A stretch of 64,000 bases of DNA from Octopus bimaculoides (GCF_001194135.2 NC_068987.1:45943378-46007377); one strand, 5' to 3'; shown: positions 38,865 to 52,897, counted from the first letter of the stretch. Program-made: numbers and translations. The notes: a model not told the origin generated them from the sequence alone.

Positions 38865-39005
38865 AGGGCTCCTTTTGTTTCCATGTAGCAAATCCATTCA
38901 CAAGACTCTTTTGGCTGGCCTAAAGCTATTGCAGAAGACACTTGCCCAATGTGAACATAAAAACCATGTGACAGGGACACTAACTTCTTAACTACATGCC
39001 TGCAC
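38270..39005 (-). mobile_element. SINE-A (~38270-38470) followed by SINE-B (38563-39005), both on - strand
   Basis: Family motifs as above. Confidence 0.7.
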
Positions 39006-39659
39006 GAATTGAAATTATTAAATTCAGAATACACATCTAGACTGAGATTGACTTTAAAAAAAACATTCCTTCATAATGAATTCCCTGAATCATTTAATCT
39101 ATATTAATATTCTATGGGCTATATATGTGGAAAGAAGCCAAAAGTGCTGAGGGCAGACCTATCAGAATATGAGCCAAAATAAGAGACAGAAACAAAGAAA
39201 AAAAAAAATCCTCAAAAGCTGAAGATAATGGTAATGCTAACAATGATAAAAGAGAAAGAAAAAGAAACTGTATTATTTTTCTAATTTGAATATAAACATT
39301 ATCTGTATCAGCAATCATAATCTATTGGGAAATGATATAACATCAGAGAAAGTGACACACCTTTAGCTTTCTGAATGTGTAGGTCATTGTGACAGTGGGG
39401 AGGGGGGGATATCTCATGAGCTTGTTTAATCAAAATTACTTTTGATTAAAATATTTGAAGAATATTTAAAAAAATAAAGATCTGGACTATTGATGATGGT
39501 GGTGGTGATGGTGGTGGTGATGGTGGTAGTGGTGGTGGTGATGATGATAGTAGTGGTGGTAATGATGATGATGACGATGATGATGGTGGTGTTGGTTGTT
39601 AACTATCACGACACTGCATCTTTCAAAAGTTCCGTGCTTCTTGGAATTCACCAACATTA

Positions 39660-40030
39660 CTTGCCTTCCAGTGATATGGTTCCAAGTTCAGTTCCATTGC
39701 ATGGCAACTAGGGCAAGTGTATTCTACTATAACCTTAGGCTGACCATAGCCTTGTGAATGGATTTGGTAGAGAGAGAGACAGAGAGCTAGATGTGTGTGT
39801 GTGTGTGTTTGTGTCTTTGTGCCTATATGTGTCCCCCCACCACCACCACCACAACCGCTTGACAACCAATATTTGTGTGTTTACATCCTGGTAACATAGC
39901 AGTTTGGCAAAAGGAGCTGATAGAATAAGTTACAAACTTAAAAAGCAAAAACAAATAAGTGCTGGGGTTGATTCATTTGACTAAGGCAGTGCCCCAGTAT
40001 GGCCACAACTAAAACAAGTAAGAGACAAAA
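39660..40030 (+). mobile_element. SINE-B, AAAGAT-type tail, internal (GA)n(TG)n
   Basis: Core and tail match 36293-36713. Confidence 0.8.
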
Positions 40031-40203
40031 GACGAAGCGAAAAATGATGCCTCTGCACCCTTTCCTCTTCATCAACCTCCTTTTGCTGTTCCCTTTTCTG
40101 TTTTCTTGTCTTTTATCCCTTGTACAATGCATGCACTTTTGGTTATCATTGCTGCCTTGCTTTCAACAAGATCTAGTGCATTCGAGCATTGTATACAATA
40201 AGC

Positions 40204-40241
<38 letters not shown>

Positions 40242-40258
40242 ACTTGATATTTGGGGAT

Positions 40259-40325
<67 letters not shown>

Positions 40326-41877
40326 CATCATCAGCATCATCATCATTATTATTATTATTATAGTAGAAAGGATTATTATCATTAGTATTATTATTATTGT
40401 GATGATGATGATGATGATGGTGGTGGTGAACTTCTTGAAAATATTTCTGAAACCAATAAAATATTCCTGCAATTTTAAATATACTCACTTTCCAAAAGGA
40501 AATACCTTATTTCCCACCTTTCGCTATCTTATCCTATTTGATGACAGCTGTTGCACTCCCTCCTATGTCCCAACATGCAACTTCTTTGCCAATGAATGAA
40601 GTTTGACAAGTTTTATAAGGAAACATGTATAGCTTTTTCTTTTGTTTTTAGTGCAATGGGGATTTGTTTCTGTATTTATTTTACAGAACATTCCGGGCAT
40701 TTTTGCATTGTTTCCATATTCTGAGAGAAGAATTCAAGTTATTTAGAATGAACTGTAAGCAAATTAATTCTATACGCAAACAAGTTGGTAACAAACACCT
40801 ACATTTCTCCACACTTTTCTCATGTCATTCTCTCCCGTACCCCATCCTGAAACAAAGCAAACAGCCTTACTTGACAAAAACAACCAAAATATTGAATTTA
40901 AATGTTAAACAACCAATTTGTCAAATTTAAGCACCACCAACTCAAATATTAAGTTAACATCCATGCCATGCCATGCCAAACATTAATTTTTATCTTTGAG
41001 TCCATGAAGGAACCTCCTGGGTAGTGGTTTGATTAGCTAGAAATAGCAGCCATATCTCCCTCAAATTATACCCAGCAATCTTAAAGAAAAATGAAGAATA
41101 CACAATGAATTCTTGGGACATGTCTGAAGTGGAAAAAGAAATAACATGGTGTGATCATGGTTGGAACATTATAGTGTTGTCCCAGGGCTAAACAATGGCT
41201 GGAGTAGTTAACATATATTTTCTATCTTAATGTAGATTCAACACTGCATCTGTCCTTATATTTTAATCTTACAAGTCCAAAACCACTTCTGAATTAATTA
41301 TTTTTTTTACCATTTATTCCAACATAGATATTTGCCAACACCAATTCCTATTCTACTCAGGATACATCATCCACCCACAATATATACACATTAGTAGAGT
41401 CATCTTTCCTGTATATATTTATATACACTTTTGATACTCTGTTGCTTTCTTCGCTTGCACTTAGTTCCTCATTAAACATTACTGTTATGCAGGAAGAAAA
41501 ACATCCTCATAGCAATCAGCTCTGAATGCTATACATCCTTTACTCTCTTCTTTGATGTCTGGTTGCATTTTACACATATTCATACAATCCATCATCATCA
41601 TCATTGTCATCAATATCCTTTAACATCCATGTACCAGGCCAGCATGGTTTAGATGGTTTGTCAGGATCTGATGAATCCAAGGACTGCACTGCACTTCAGG
41701 GTCTGCATGATTACTACAGCTGGATACCCTTCTCAATGCCAAATGCTTTACATGTACTGGGTGCTATTTCTAATAGCACTAGTAAGACTACCCTCTTTAT
41801 TATGAACCTGATACTCTAACCATGTGCCTTCACTTTGGCAATGATATATTCCAAATTTCTACTTCCTCTGAAACCAG

Positions 41878-42083
41878 TATATCTAAACTCATTGATAGAG
41901 ACGTTTGGTTGAGAAATTTCAAAATAGGGGGAAAAAACAAAACACAAGTAACTTCTGAAAACTTCAACACACCTCAATGGATATCTTTGATTAGCAAAGC
42001 ACCAGACAATGTACAACCCTTGAACTTAAAACTAGATATGACACAGGACCAGATGTTTGGAAGGCTGCCCTATGGCAAATACA
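41878..42083 (+). CDS. Candidate exon, possibly a divergent cadherin-like repeat
   Basis: Within the open frame 41822-42094; acceptor ttctacttcctctgaaaccAG, donor aca|GTATGA; motifs LIDRD, VTSENFNTPQW, APDN, YSM; could instead be transposon-internal DNA. Confidence 0.25.
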
Positions 42084-42100
42084 GTATGATATAATGAGTG

Positions 42101-42510
42101 TTCTTTTATCTGCTACTTGTTTCACTCATTAGACTGTGGCCATGCTGGGGCACTGCCTTGAAGAACTTTTAGTCAAATGAATTGACCCCAGTTCTTTTCT
42201 GTTTTTTTTTTTAAAGCCTGGTATTTATTCTATCAATTTCTTTTGCTGAACTACAAAGTTATAGGGACATAAACAAACCAACACTGATTGTCAAGCATAC
42301 AAACACACAGACACAAGCATACAAACACACAGACACAAACACACACACACACACACAACAGGCTTCTTTCAGATTCCATCCACCAAATCCACTGACAAGG
42401 CTTTGGTTAACCTGAGGCTATAGCAAAAGATTACTTGCCTAAGGTGCCATGCAGTGGGACTGAACCTGGAACCATGTCGTTGGGAAGCAAACTTTCTACT
42501 ACACTGCCAC
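42101..42510 (-). mobile_element. SINE-B, full-length, AAAGAT-type tail
   Basis: Reverse complement of the 36293 architecture. Confidence 0.85.
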
Positions 42511-42888
42511 TTTTGTGCTGTGTGTCAGAGAGTGACTTTGTATCAATCAGTTATGGCACACCTTTTGTAACTATTTAAAGGTGAGATTTGTATGATTTTT
42601 GAATCTGCACATATCTAATGGAAACATTTTTTTTATATTGTGGACATCATTGATTTGAATTCTACGAAAGAAGCAAAATATGAATATTAAAACTAAGGTG
42701 CACTACTATATAATATTCTAACCTGTTAATGAAACAAAGCCTGTTAATTAAATCAAAATGTGATGATTAAACAAAATCTTGCATATTTCATTGTGTGTGT
42801 GTGTGTGCATACATAGAATAGTGGTACAACAATGCACCAATATTTACTGGAAATAGCAGTCGATAATATGCGACACTATAGTAAAGTT

Positions 42889-42959
<71 letters not shown>

Positions 42960-43190
42960 GTACAGGACATCATCAACTATGCAAACATATCATTTAATAT
43001 TTATTAGCAACAGAGGCAGTATTGATATTGAGAGGTAATATTTATCCCTACTTAAAACGTGGATGTTCTGTTAGAACAAACTATACTGTAGTAGATACTA
43101 TGGAAGAAACTCTCATCTGATATCAAACTACAGGTTGACCAATACATTCTGAGTGGATTTGGTTGATGGAAAGTGAAAGAACCTAGTGTG

Positions 43191-43231
<41 letters not shown>

Positions 43232-43996
43232 CTTGGCATTACATGAGGATTGTAAAAGAACATCTCCTTCATATAAGTGGGTGTTGTTCATTTCTAGTCT
43301 TCCATAAAAATCATGTCTGGCAATGGCTAAATATTAGCTTACTTGAAAACATATAAGGATTGACAACAGGAAAGGCATCTGGCTGCAGAAATTCTGCAAC
43401 AAAAAATTCTGTCTGACTCATACAAGCATGGGAAAGTGGACAGTGATGATGATGATGATGATGATAATNNNNNNNNNNNNNNNNNNNNNNNNNNNNNNNN
43501 NNNNNNNNNNNNNNNNNNNNNNNNNNNNNNNNNNNNNNNNNNNNNNNNNNNNNNNNNNNNNNNNNNNNNNNNNNNNNNNNNNNNNNNNNNNNNNNNNNNN
43601 NNNNNNNNNNNNNNNNNNNNNNNNNNNNNNNNNNNNNNNNNNNNNNNNNNNNNNNNNNNNNNNNNNNNNNNNNNNNNNNNNNNNNNNNNNNNNNNNNNNN
43701 NNNNNNNNNNNNNNNNNNNNNNNNNNNNNNNNNNNNNNNNNNNNNNNNNNNNNNNNNNNNNNNNNNNNNNNNNNNNNNNNNNNNNNNNNNNNNNNNNNNN
43801 NNNNNNNNNNNNNNNNNNNNNNNNNNNNNNNNNNNNNNNNNNNNNNNNNNNNNNNNNNNNNNNNNNNNNNNNNNNNNNNNNNNNNNNNNNNNNNNNNNNN
43901 NNNNNNNNNNNNNNNNNNNNNNNNNNNNNNNNNNNNNNNNNNNNNNNNNNNNNNNNNNNNNNNNNNNNNNNNNNNNNNAAAATAAAGTGATTAAAA

Positions 43997-44539
43997 TCAA
44001 AATAAGCAACAAGGATATCCAAAGTTAATGCAGTACGATCGTTTCATGTGACTCCATTTAATTAAGCAATGTCAACATTACATCAAATGTAAAATGCAGA
44101 GCAATCCTCAGCTGCACAAAGATATAGAAATTTAATGAAATTACATTTAAACAGAAAGACATTTTTATAAGTACATTTAAACTCTCCAAACAGAAAGGAA
44201 AAATACAGAAAACCATTTTGACTTAGCCAGGCTAGTAAATAATTCTAAGCAAATTTTTTAACTGTCACTGATTTTGTTTGTTTTTTGTTTCTGATTTATG
44301 GACTATCTTATCGGACCTAGTGATTCAAAGCTTAAGAGGACACTGGCATTTTCTTTGTAGGGAAAGGGTTAAAGAGTATAGACAGTAAAATGTAATTTCA
44401 GTAAATTTCTATATCTTTGTGTAGCAGGGGATTGCTCTGCATTTTATATTTGATGTAATGTTGACATTGCTTAATTAAATGGAGTTGCATGAAACGATCG
44501 TACTGCATTAACTTTTGATATCCTTGTTGCTTATTTTGA
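43997..44539. mobile_element. Foldback/MITE with 152-bp inverted arms
   Basis: 43997-44148 versus reverse complement of 44388-44539: 8 substitutions, no indels; 239-nt spacer. Confidence 0.85.
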
Positions 44540-44558
44540 CTATATATATATTATAAAC

Positions 44559-44590
<32 letters not shown>

Positions 44591-46161
44591 GTTTATAACA
44601 TATATATATATATATATATATAATTTGCATCTGTTTGCTGTTTATGCTGACAAAGAAATGCAATATGGCAGCTTTCCAAACACCTAATCCAGTGTCACCT
44701 CAAGTTTTTAAGTCCAAGGTTTGTACATCTAGTCTGGTGCATTGCTAATCAGAGATACCCTTTAATGTTGATTTCACCAGAACCTGCAAGGGCCATGACC
44801 ACAGCCCTTCCTCCATACTAACCCAGTGATTTCATCCACATCATTGTGAACCTTTTCTTTGTAAAAGTTTAGTAAACACACACACAGTGGCTTCTGTCCA
44901 CCAAATCCACTCCCAAGGCTTGATTTTGGCCTAGGGCTGTTGTAGAAATCATGAAGATACTTGTCCAAGGTGCCATGCATTGAAACTGAACCCCAAACCA
45001 TGTGGATGGGAAGTGAACTACTCAATTACACAGCCATAAATGTTAATATTAATATGGGGTATGGAGTGAGCCAGCATCTAGATGACAATTGTATTTACAG
45101 AATTCTTCTCCATTCCAACTCCAGAAGCTCATTTCCTTATTACATTAATGCTATTCAGTTTAATCTAGAAACAGTATTTTGGTTTCTATACTCTATCCTT
45201 TTTCTTCAAATGTAAGTTATACACATATCATATTGCATCAACTACATAATGGTCATTGCTAACTATGTGGATGATTCCATGCCTTTCTTCTACAAATAAG
45301 AACAGAGATAATGATAGCTGGTTATGATGATGATGATGATGATGATGATGACAACGACGACCATGACAACATTAACGTTGTTGATGATGGTAACTACAAT
45401 GATACTTTGCTGTTGTTTGCACATAAAAACCTTGAAGTTTTTCGCTTTAGTTGTCAATGATGATGAGTATGATAGTGGTGGTGTTGGTGATATTAGCAGT
45501 GTCTGTTGGTGTTGGTGAGGGTAGGGATGGTGGTGGTGGTGGTGGTGGTGGTGGTAGAGGATAAACTGAACAAATTATGTAAAGTTAGAAACGCTGGAAG
45601 TGTACATGGGGATCAATCCACTTTAAAACGAACAATTTCACAATATTTTTTATCAGTTTAAAGTTTTATTGAAGAAGGAACAACTTGAAAGAGAACCAAT
45701 TTCCTGAAGTTAATTGTTAATTCTGTGAACAAACAAGTAAAGCTAAAATGAAATTTAACAAATCTGTAGGGACATCACATTAATTAAAAGTGCATATTTC
45801 ATCATTAACTTAAAAGTGGTACTGTTATTAGCAACAGCTTTCAGACTACATTCTGTGTTAATTAAATAATCAGAACAAATTTATTATCATTACATTCACT
45901 GTCAGTTCTTATTTTGGTTGGGTGGTGATAAGATTTCAGATTTCAGGGTGAGTTGTGTTATGCATTTTAATTTGATTATGGTGATGACCTCCAGTAAATA
46001 GGTGTGAGAAGCAAGCAAAGCTCTAGTGAATGGGTCAACATTTAACATGTTCCTGTTAGCAAAGGAATGCAGTTGGGAGAGAATACATGATGTTTGGCAG
46101 TAAAAGTAATCGGGGATTTGTGGAGTGTCCTGATTGTCCCCAGGTCTATGTATCCTCCAGT

Positions 46162-46375
46162 GGAGGCGCAATGGCCCAGTGGTTAGGGCAGCGGACTCGC
46201 GGTCATAGGATCACGGTTTCGATTCCCAGACCGAGCGTTGTGAGTGTTTATTGAGCGAAAACACCTAAAGTTCCATGAGGCTCCAGCAGGGGATGGTGGC
46301 GAACCCTGCTGTACTCTTTCACCACAACTTTCTCTCACTCTTACTTCCTGTTTCTGTTGTGCCTGTAATTCAAAG
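46162..46375 (+). mobile_element. SINE-D 5' half, CpG-rich (young), tRNA-derived
   Basis: A-box tggcccagtggttagg, B-box ggtttcgattccc; stops at cctgtaattcaaag. Confidence 0.75.
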
Positions 46376-47027
46376 TAGAACTAGGGTAGAGCTAGTGCTA
46401 TGATAAAGACAAAAAAACTCCATTCTCAGTAAACCATCACTTTATTTGGATTTCCAATTAGCTCCATCATAATTCTATTGTTTATTTGTGAGATAGAGGT
46501 TGTAGCCTCTATTTCACATATAAAGTCATTTCTTATTCTCTTATTTTACAATGGCTTCTGTTCCTCTGAACTAGCTAATTGCATATTCCCTTCATATAGG
46601 CCCACAATTTCTCATTTGTATTATTCCTTCTGTAACTACTCTGTCATTACTATCTCTTTTCTCCCTCCTTCTACCTCTATGATAATTTCTGTGCATGTGT
46701 GTGTGTGTGTGTGTTGCGCTCCTTTACTCATTGCCTATCATCAAGCCTAGCATGTGCACTAATCCTGTTCCCCTTATATTAACTTTCTCTATATCTCCTT
46801 CTTTTACTCTCTCTCCTCATCTTGCTATACAGTGTAAAGCATGATTGGAGAAATTAAAGAACCAACCAACCAACTAACCAACATTTATAATGGTTATTAT
46901 TATATACAGAGAAGCTTCATATTCTTTCCTAAAGAGATGTCCTATTCAAACTGCTGTCTTTTGAGAAAAGAATGATAATCTCAGCATCCCATTGTGGTCA
47001 ATCAAAATAACCATTGTTATTATTATT

Positions 47028-47676
47028 GAGTGAGAGAACAGTGTATGACATCAAAGTGATACTGGGGTAAAATATACAAAGCCTAGTATACCGATCATGA
47101 CTACTTGTCTGATAAGGGTACACCAGGCACATGCATCACAACCATATGTGCACAACATGGTGATTTAATATCAAGATAAACAGCACATGACCTTGCAAGT
47201 GGGGCCCTGTTTGAATTTTCTTCAGGTCGAGTAGTCCGTTCCACTCAAATGGTCCAAAATAAGGGTTAAGGATGTTGAATGAAACACCCATGTTTCCAAA
47301 GGTGAATTTTCCAAACCCCAAAGAATTCAGTTCTATATTTAAGAGATAAGGAATTATTTACATTATTTACATTATTTACATGTGACGGATATTTGTCCTC
47401 ATCTTGTTTGTTGTTAATAAGAATTCCTCCCAAAGAATTCCTCTCAACACATGGCTCTGATGCTCCCCCACTACTTCTGCTTGTGATCAGGGATGCACAT
47501 ATTATCAGCTACCAAGGGAAATGCTCAACTGATTAAGGTCAAACAACTGACAAGTAAATCTGTTGTATTGAGCAGAATATTTACTGTAGCCCATCTTTTA
47601 TACTAAGAAAAAACAATGTACATGATAACACTTCCAATCAATTAAGATCGGAAGCCATGAGAGCTACTGCCTGGTA
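47028..47676 (-). mobile_element. Putative (AAT)n-tailed retroposed element with no tRNA head, interrupted at 47328-47417
   Basis: High-complexity, no ORF, (AAT)n tail on - strand; insertion flanked by duplicated AAGAATTC; single copy in the window, so repeat status is from recall. Confidence 0.4.
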
Positions 47677-47678
47677 TG

Positions 47679-47888
47679 CGGTGAGCTGGCAGAGTTGTTA
47701 GTGCACTGGACGAAATGCTTAGTGGTATTTTGCCTGTCACTACATTCTGAGTTCAAATTCCGCCGAAGTCAACTTTGTCTTTCATCCTTTCGGGGTTGAT
47801 AAATTAAGTACCAGTGAAACACTGGGGTCGATGTAATCAATTAGTCCCCTCTCACCAATTTCAGGCCTTGTGCCTATAGTAGAAAGGC

Positions 47889-47960
<72 letters not shown>
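47679..47960 (+). mobile_element. SINE-A, full-length with long (ATT)n tail
   Basis: Cleanest copy: ggtgagctggcagag..gagttcaaattcc..tttcatcctttcggggttgataaattaagtacc..agaaagg(ATT)n. Confidence 0.9.
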
Positions 47961-47966
<6 letters not shown>

Positions 47967-48499
47967 GGTATCATATATTGCAGTGTTATATCTCATTATT
48001 TAATGTGTTTATCAACGAGCAGCCAAATTGCATTTATCACTTTCACATTTCAACATACGCAGAATAATTATGCAATACTTTGATTATTATCATTTGAGTC
48101 CTAATTATTTTTTAATATTAGCACCACCAGCTTTTCCACTACCACAACAGCTGCTTCTGCTGTTACACAGCTGCAACCACTGCCACAGTTGGCATTGCTG
48201 TTATTATTAAATCTGATGTTATAGAGTGATAGACAAATGATATTTTCTCTCTTTGTATTTAATTACCTTCTGTCTTGTCATCTCCTCTATTTCATTGTTT
48301 CTAAAGCAAAAATGACTGAATATGAAATCATTGATGAAATTGTCAATGAAGATGGCAGCTATAATGACACTGACGATGGTGACTTTGAGTGAAAAATAAT
48401 GGTGACAATGACAACAGCACATAAAAAAAAAATTTATTACAAAGTAATGTAAAAGCTCAAAACACATGATGCTTTTGAGTCTGCATTGCATTATCATCA

Positions 48500-49350
48500 T
48501 CATCCACCATTGTCAACATTATCGTCCATTTAATGTTTTTTTTAAAGTCCTGGTACGAGTAGAATAGTTTGATGGGATCTGAGTCACAGGACTGCAACAA
48601 GCACTGACACTAGCTTTAGCATGGTTTCTACAGCTGAATGCCTTTCCTAATGTTAACCAGTTTACAGTGCTTGACATTAGGTGCTTTTTCAGGTCTTCAG
48701 CACCAGCATCAGTGAAGCCACCAATTAATTTGCAAGACAAGAAAATAAAAGGAAAAGACCTTTTGACTGAGTGGAGGTATATCTGAGAGACAAAGGAATT
48801 GGCTTTATACCAAGTGTTAAAAGGCTAAAGTACGACAGAGGGACAAACATAGGTGTCCTATAGAAGAAATACATGGCTACCCAGCATTATATAAGGATAG
48901 GTGTAGCTAGATAGAAGATAAATGTGATGGCTGTGAGGAACCAGAATGAACTCTCAAAGTACAGAAGGTGAATATAAGAGAGGATATAAATAGTGGATCA
49001 GAGATGGGGAGGAAAGGATGGGTAATTTCATAAGGATAAGAGAGAAGAGAGATATATGGCTGGAGGTGAGGGTAAAATAGAATATAGTGAGAGATAGAAG
49101 CACGGAGAGAGATAGAAGAGGCACAGGCAGATGAAGACTACAAGTCGCAACCTGGAAACAGTTCGGAAAGTAGGAAGATGATTTGCAGAGTGTAAGAACG
49201 GGATGGAAGAGAACTGAGATGGAGCTTAGGAGTACATATGGGTGATTATAGTGAGTGGGTTGACAATGATGAGGGAGGGCATCAATGGCAGATATGAGAG
49301 GGTATTGGGAATGATAGTAGACATGAGAGGTGTTAAAAATGAAGTATGAC
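48500..49350 (-). mobile_element. RTE-associated long 3'UTR remnant
   Basis: (GAT)n tail, aggcattcagctgtagaaac motif; local similarity to 55975-56370. Confidence 0.45.
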
Positions 49351-51177
49351 ATTACATTGTTAACAACTAATCACATGTAGTTATTTATTTCCATTGAGTA
49401 ATATTAAAATTTCATAGGAGTGAATCCACTCCTTCATTAAAGCCCACCCAAACTGGTTTATTTAATGTACAACGACAATCAATTCTTACAGACATTCAAG
49501 TAGTATTTTTGGATTTTCTTTTTGTATCTTCGATTATTGTTCTTATTATTTTGTAAAGATATTTATAAAAAAAGAAAGAAAAGAAGTGGTGGAAAGCTGA
49601 GAAGTGAAATTTGTAAAAAACTGGTTTCTGAAGGACAAATTAGCTTAAGTTCAAGAAAAACAGAAAAGAAAAAAAGAAAAGAAAAACAATCTAGGGAAAA
49701 AAAGTAAAAAAAGACTTGATTGATGTAAAAAAAAATAAGCAGAAAAGAAGAAAATGACAGTGTCTTTTGTATAAAAAATGAAGCAAAAATATTTAAGGGG
49801 TAGTTTAAAGTGAAGAAAATATTCTTCTTCCTTTTTGCTTTATATTTATTTTTTTTGTTTTTCATCAAGTGTGACTTCAATATTTAGAATTAAATTTTTA
49901 AATGTTCAAAGACAGATTAATGTATGAAGTGTGAAGTAACTTGTCTTCAAGACACGTAATCAGTATCTATGGGAAAACCTAACAACTCACAAGTCATAAG
50001 AGCCGTGATTTACATTTTATTTACTTGTTCAATGCATTCTTTGAAATGTTGTTATTGCATAACTCTAGACAGTTAAGTAAATTCAAAGGTAGCTTTTTTC
50101 AAGCAATTTTCAACTACTGCCCCTTTTTTTTCATGAACACTTTTTCAATGGCCCCTTGCTTACTATTCAACAGTCCCACCATTTTAAATATACATATCTG
50201 TAATATCTGACTAGAGATATTTAGTTCCAGGTGCTCTTCTGATGTGGGCGGCTACATACCACTGTATCGCCCAACAGGAAGAGAAAAGCTGATGCATCAC
50301 CACTTAGACTTAATTATCTACCCAACCTTTAGCACGTGGCTTTGACTAAACTCAGGCACAAATCCATTGTGCACATTTTCTTCCTTTACACTTCCCCACT
50401 TTTGATCTACCTCCAGGTTACCACTCGTCACCTTCATCATTTCTTCTTTCTGTGTCTTCTGTGTACAATGCATGTATTCTAGCTTTCATTGCTGTCTTTC
50501 CTTACTAGATTCATGGCTATTTTCACTCTCCTCTTTTAACATTTTTCTGATGAGCTGTAGTGCATCTGTGTACAGTAAACTCATTTCTATTATTCTTAAA
50601 GCAGTGAGCTAGCACAATTGTTACCACACCAGACAGAAGGCCTAGGAACATTTCTTCAAACTCAGTAGGTTGACCTTGCCTTTCTTCCTTTTGGGGTTGA
50701 TAAAATAAGTACCAGTTGAGCACTGAGGGCAATATTATCAACTTCCCCTCGCTTCAAAATTGATAGCCTTATATAATTGTTGTTATTATTATTGTTATTG
50801 TTGTGATGGCAGCTAACAGGCACTTTATATACCTAAATTTTTAAAAAAGTTAATGTTTAAATAGGAGGCAAAAACCTAAAATAATCTATATGAATGCAGT
50901 AAATCTCCTCCCACTCTCCTTCAACTCCTCAGTCCCCCATAGAACATATAAAAGTTTTGACTGATCCCAAGATCAGTATCAACTATTTTGAGAAATATGG
51001 TCATAAGGTGATGGTAAATCTCATAATTCTTAACCATTGAGAACTACTGTAGAGATTCAGGGCTATTATGTCTTTGATGTCTTACTCAAAGTAGCAACAT
51101 TAATAAAGAAGTTATCCTTGAAACAGGCATCTTGCCCAAATGCTTGTCACAGTGATACACAAGGGCCAGATGGGATA

Positions 51178-51640
51178 TTAACCCCTTTTGACACAAAACT
51201 GCTGGTATCACACCTGGCTCTGCAATACAAACTGTTTTGAAATGGTCTTCCATCAAAATTTCATGTTAATTTAAGTTCCAAACACCAGCATAATAATGAT
51301 AGTTATTTCACTAAATTCTTCCTCATTTTCAAAATTAATTGAAAAAAAAACATTATTTTTCAAAAGAAATATGGTGAAAAAAGTGTTAGAAAGATCTGAA
51401 TTAAAAACTATCATAAAAATCTCATGCTAATTTATGTCTCAAACATGAGTTTGGAAAAGCTAGTTTTCTAAATTTTTTCCTTATTTTCAAAATTAATTGA
51501 AACCAAGGAAGTGTATTTCAGTAGAAATATTGTAACAAAAGTGTTAAAGTAATCTAAATTAAACATTTCTCTCGTGTTAATCGATGTTCCAAATGCCAGC
51601 TTAATAATGACAAAATTATTTTATTAGATTCATTATTATT
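51178..51640 (+). mobile_element. TTAA-type MITE left end with ~160-bp internal tandem units
   Basis: TTAACCCCTTTTGACAC start; ttttcaaaattaattgaaa repeated at ~160-nt spacing. Confidence 0.55.
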
Positions 51641-51649
51641 ATTAAAATT

Positions 51650-52210
51650 AAGGTGGCAAGCTGGCAGAAACAGTAGCATGCCTGGCGCAACACTTTGCGG
51701 TATTTCGCCTGTCTTTACGTTCCGAGTTCAAATTCCTACAAGGTCGATTTTGCCTTTCATCCTTTCGGGGGTCGATAAATTTAGTACCAGTTGTGTTCTG
51801 GCCCGATCTAATCGACTGGCCCGATCTAATCGACTGGCCCGATCTAATCGACTGGCCCGATCTAATCGACTGGCCCGATCTAATNNNNNNNNNNNNNNNN
51901 NNNNNNNNNNNNNNNNNNNNNNNNNNNNNNNNNNNNNNNNNNNNNNNNNNNNNNNNNNNNNNNNNNNNNNNNNNNNNNNNNNNNNNNNNNNNNNNNNNNN
52001 NNNNNNNNNNNNNNNNNNNNNNNNNNNNNNNNNNNNNNNNNNNNNNNNNNNNNNNNNNNNNNNNNNNNNNNNNNNNNNNNNNNNNNNNNTGGCCCGATCT
52101 AATCGACTGGCCCGATCTAATCGACTGGCCCGATCTAATCGACTGGCCCGATCTAATCGACTGGCCTCCTCCCCCAAAATTCCAGGCCTTGTGCCTAGGG
52201 TAGAAAAGAT
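51650..52210 (+). mobile_element. SINE-A containing an 18-bp tandem array (CTGGCCCGATCTAATCGA)n
   Basis: Head and core, 4 full + 1 partial identical units at 51798-51884, 205 N, ~4 more units to 52166, then normal SINE-A 3' end. Confidence 0.9.
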
Positions 52211-52897
52211 TATTACTAAAATCAACTGAAGCACAAAACGTGTATTATTTCAATAAAAATAGGGTAGCAAAATGGTTTATCCAGAAAATAGATTTAGTTT
52301 TGAGGTTCCAAGCTGAAATGCTTTAAACTGACGCTGCTGCTTGCAGCTTTAAGTTATTGGTACTTCTGGTTAACTCTTTTCAGTTACACAGGGTGTATCA
52401 CTTTAGGGCTAAGTATCTTGGCTATATAAACAAGGTAGAGTTAAGGGAGTTATCAGTAGCTTCATCCAGCAATTTATATTGTCACATGATAAAACTAGTC
52501 AATCGATTATCTGGGTGTGATTCAGAGATTTCACACTCTGTATGTTCTGTGTTGAAGTATATTTGATATATCAGTGAGTTCCGCTATGTCAGATGCAGTG
52601 AAAAGCATTTGGTATAAACTTAACACTTTTTTTTTACATTTCATAAAATAAAGAATTACACACACATGCACGCACATACATATAATAATCCTTTACATTA
52701 CAACATGGCCTGATGAATGTATGTGTGTGTGTGTGTGTGTGTAAAAACACACACATACACATGGGTGTATGATGAGTGTGCAAGTTCATAAATATAACGG
52801 TCAAGTTGGGGGAAAGAAAAGAGAAAGAGAAACATAGGTGTGGCTGTTAAAGGAAGGAAGTAAGAAAGATGAGGCATTGAAGAAGGGTACACGCTGC

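Noticed and set aside
51798-52166. CRISPR-like palindromic direct repeats
   Set aside because: Units are contiguous with no spacers, lie inside a SINE, and there are no cas genes
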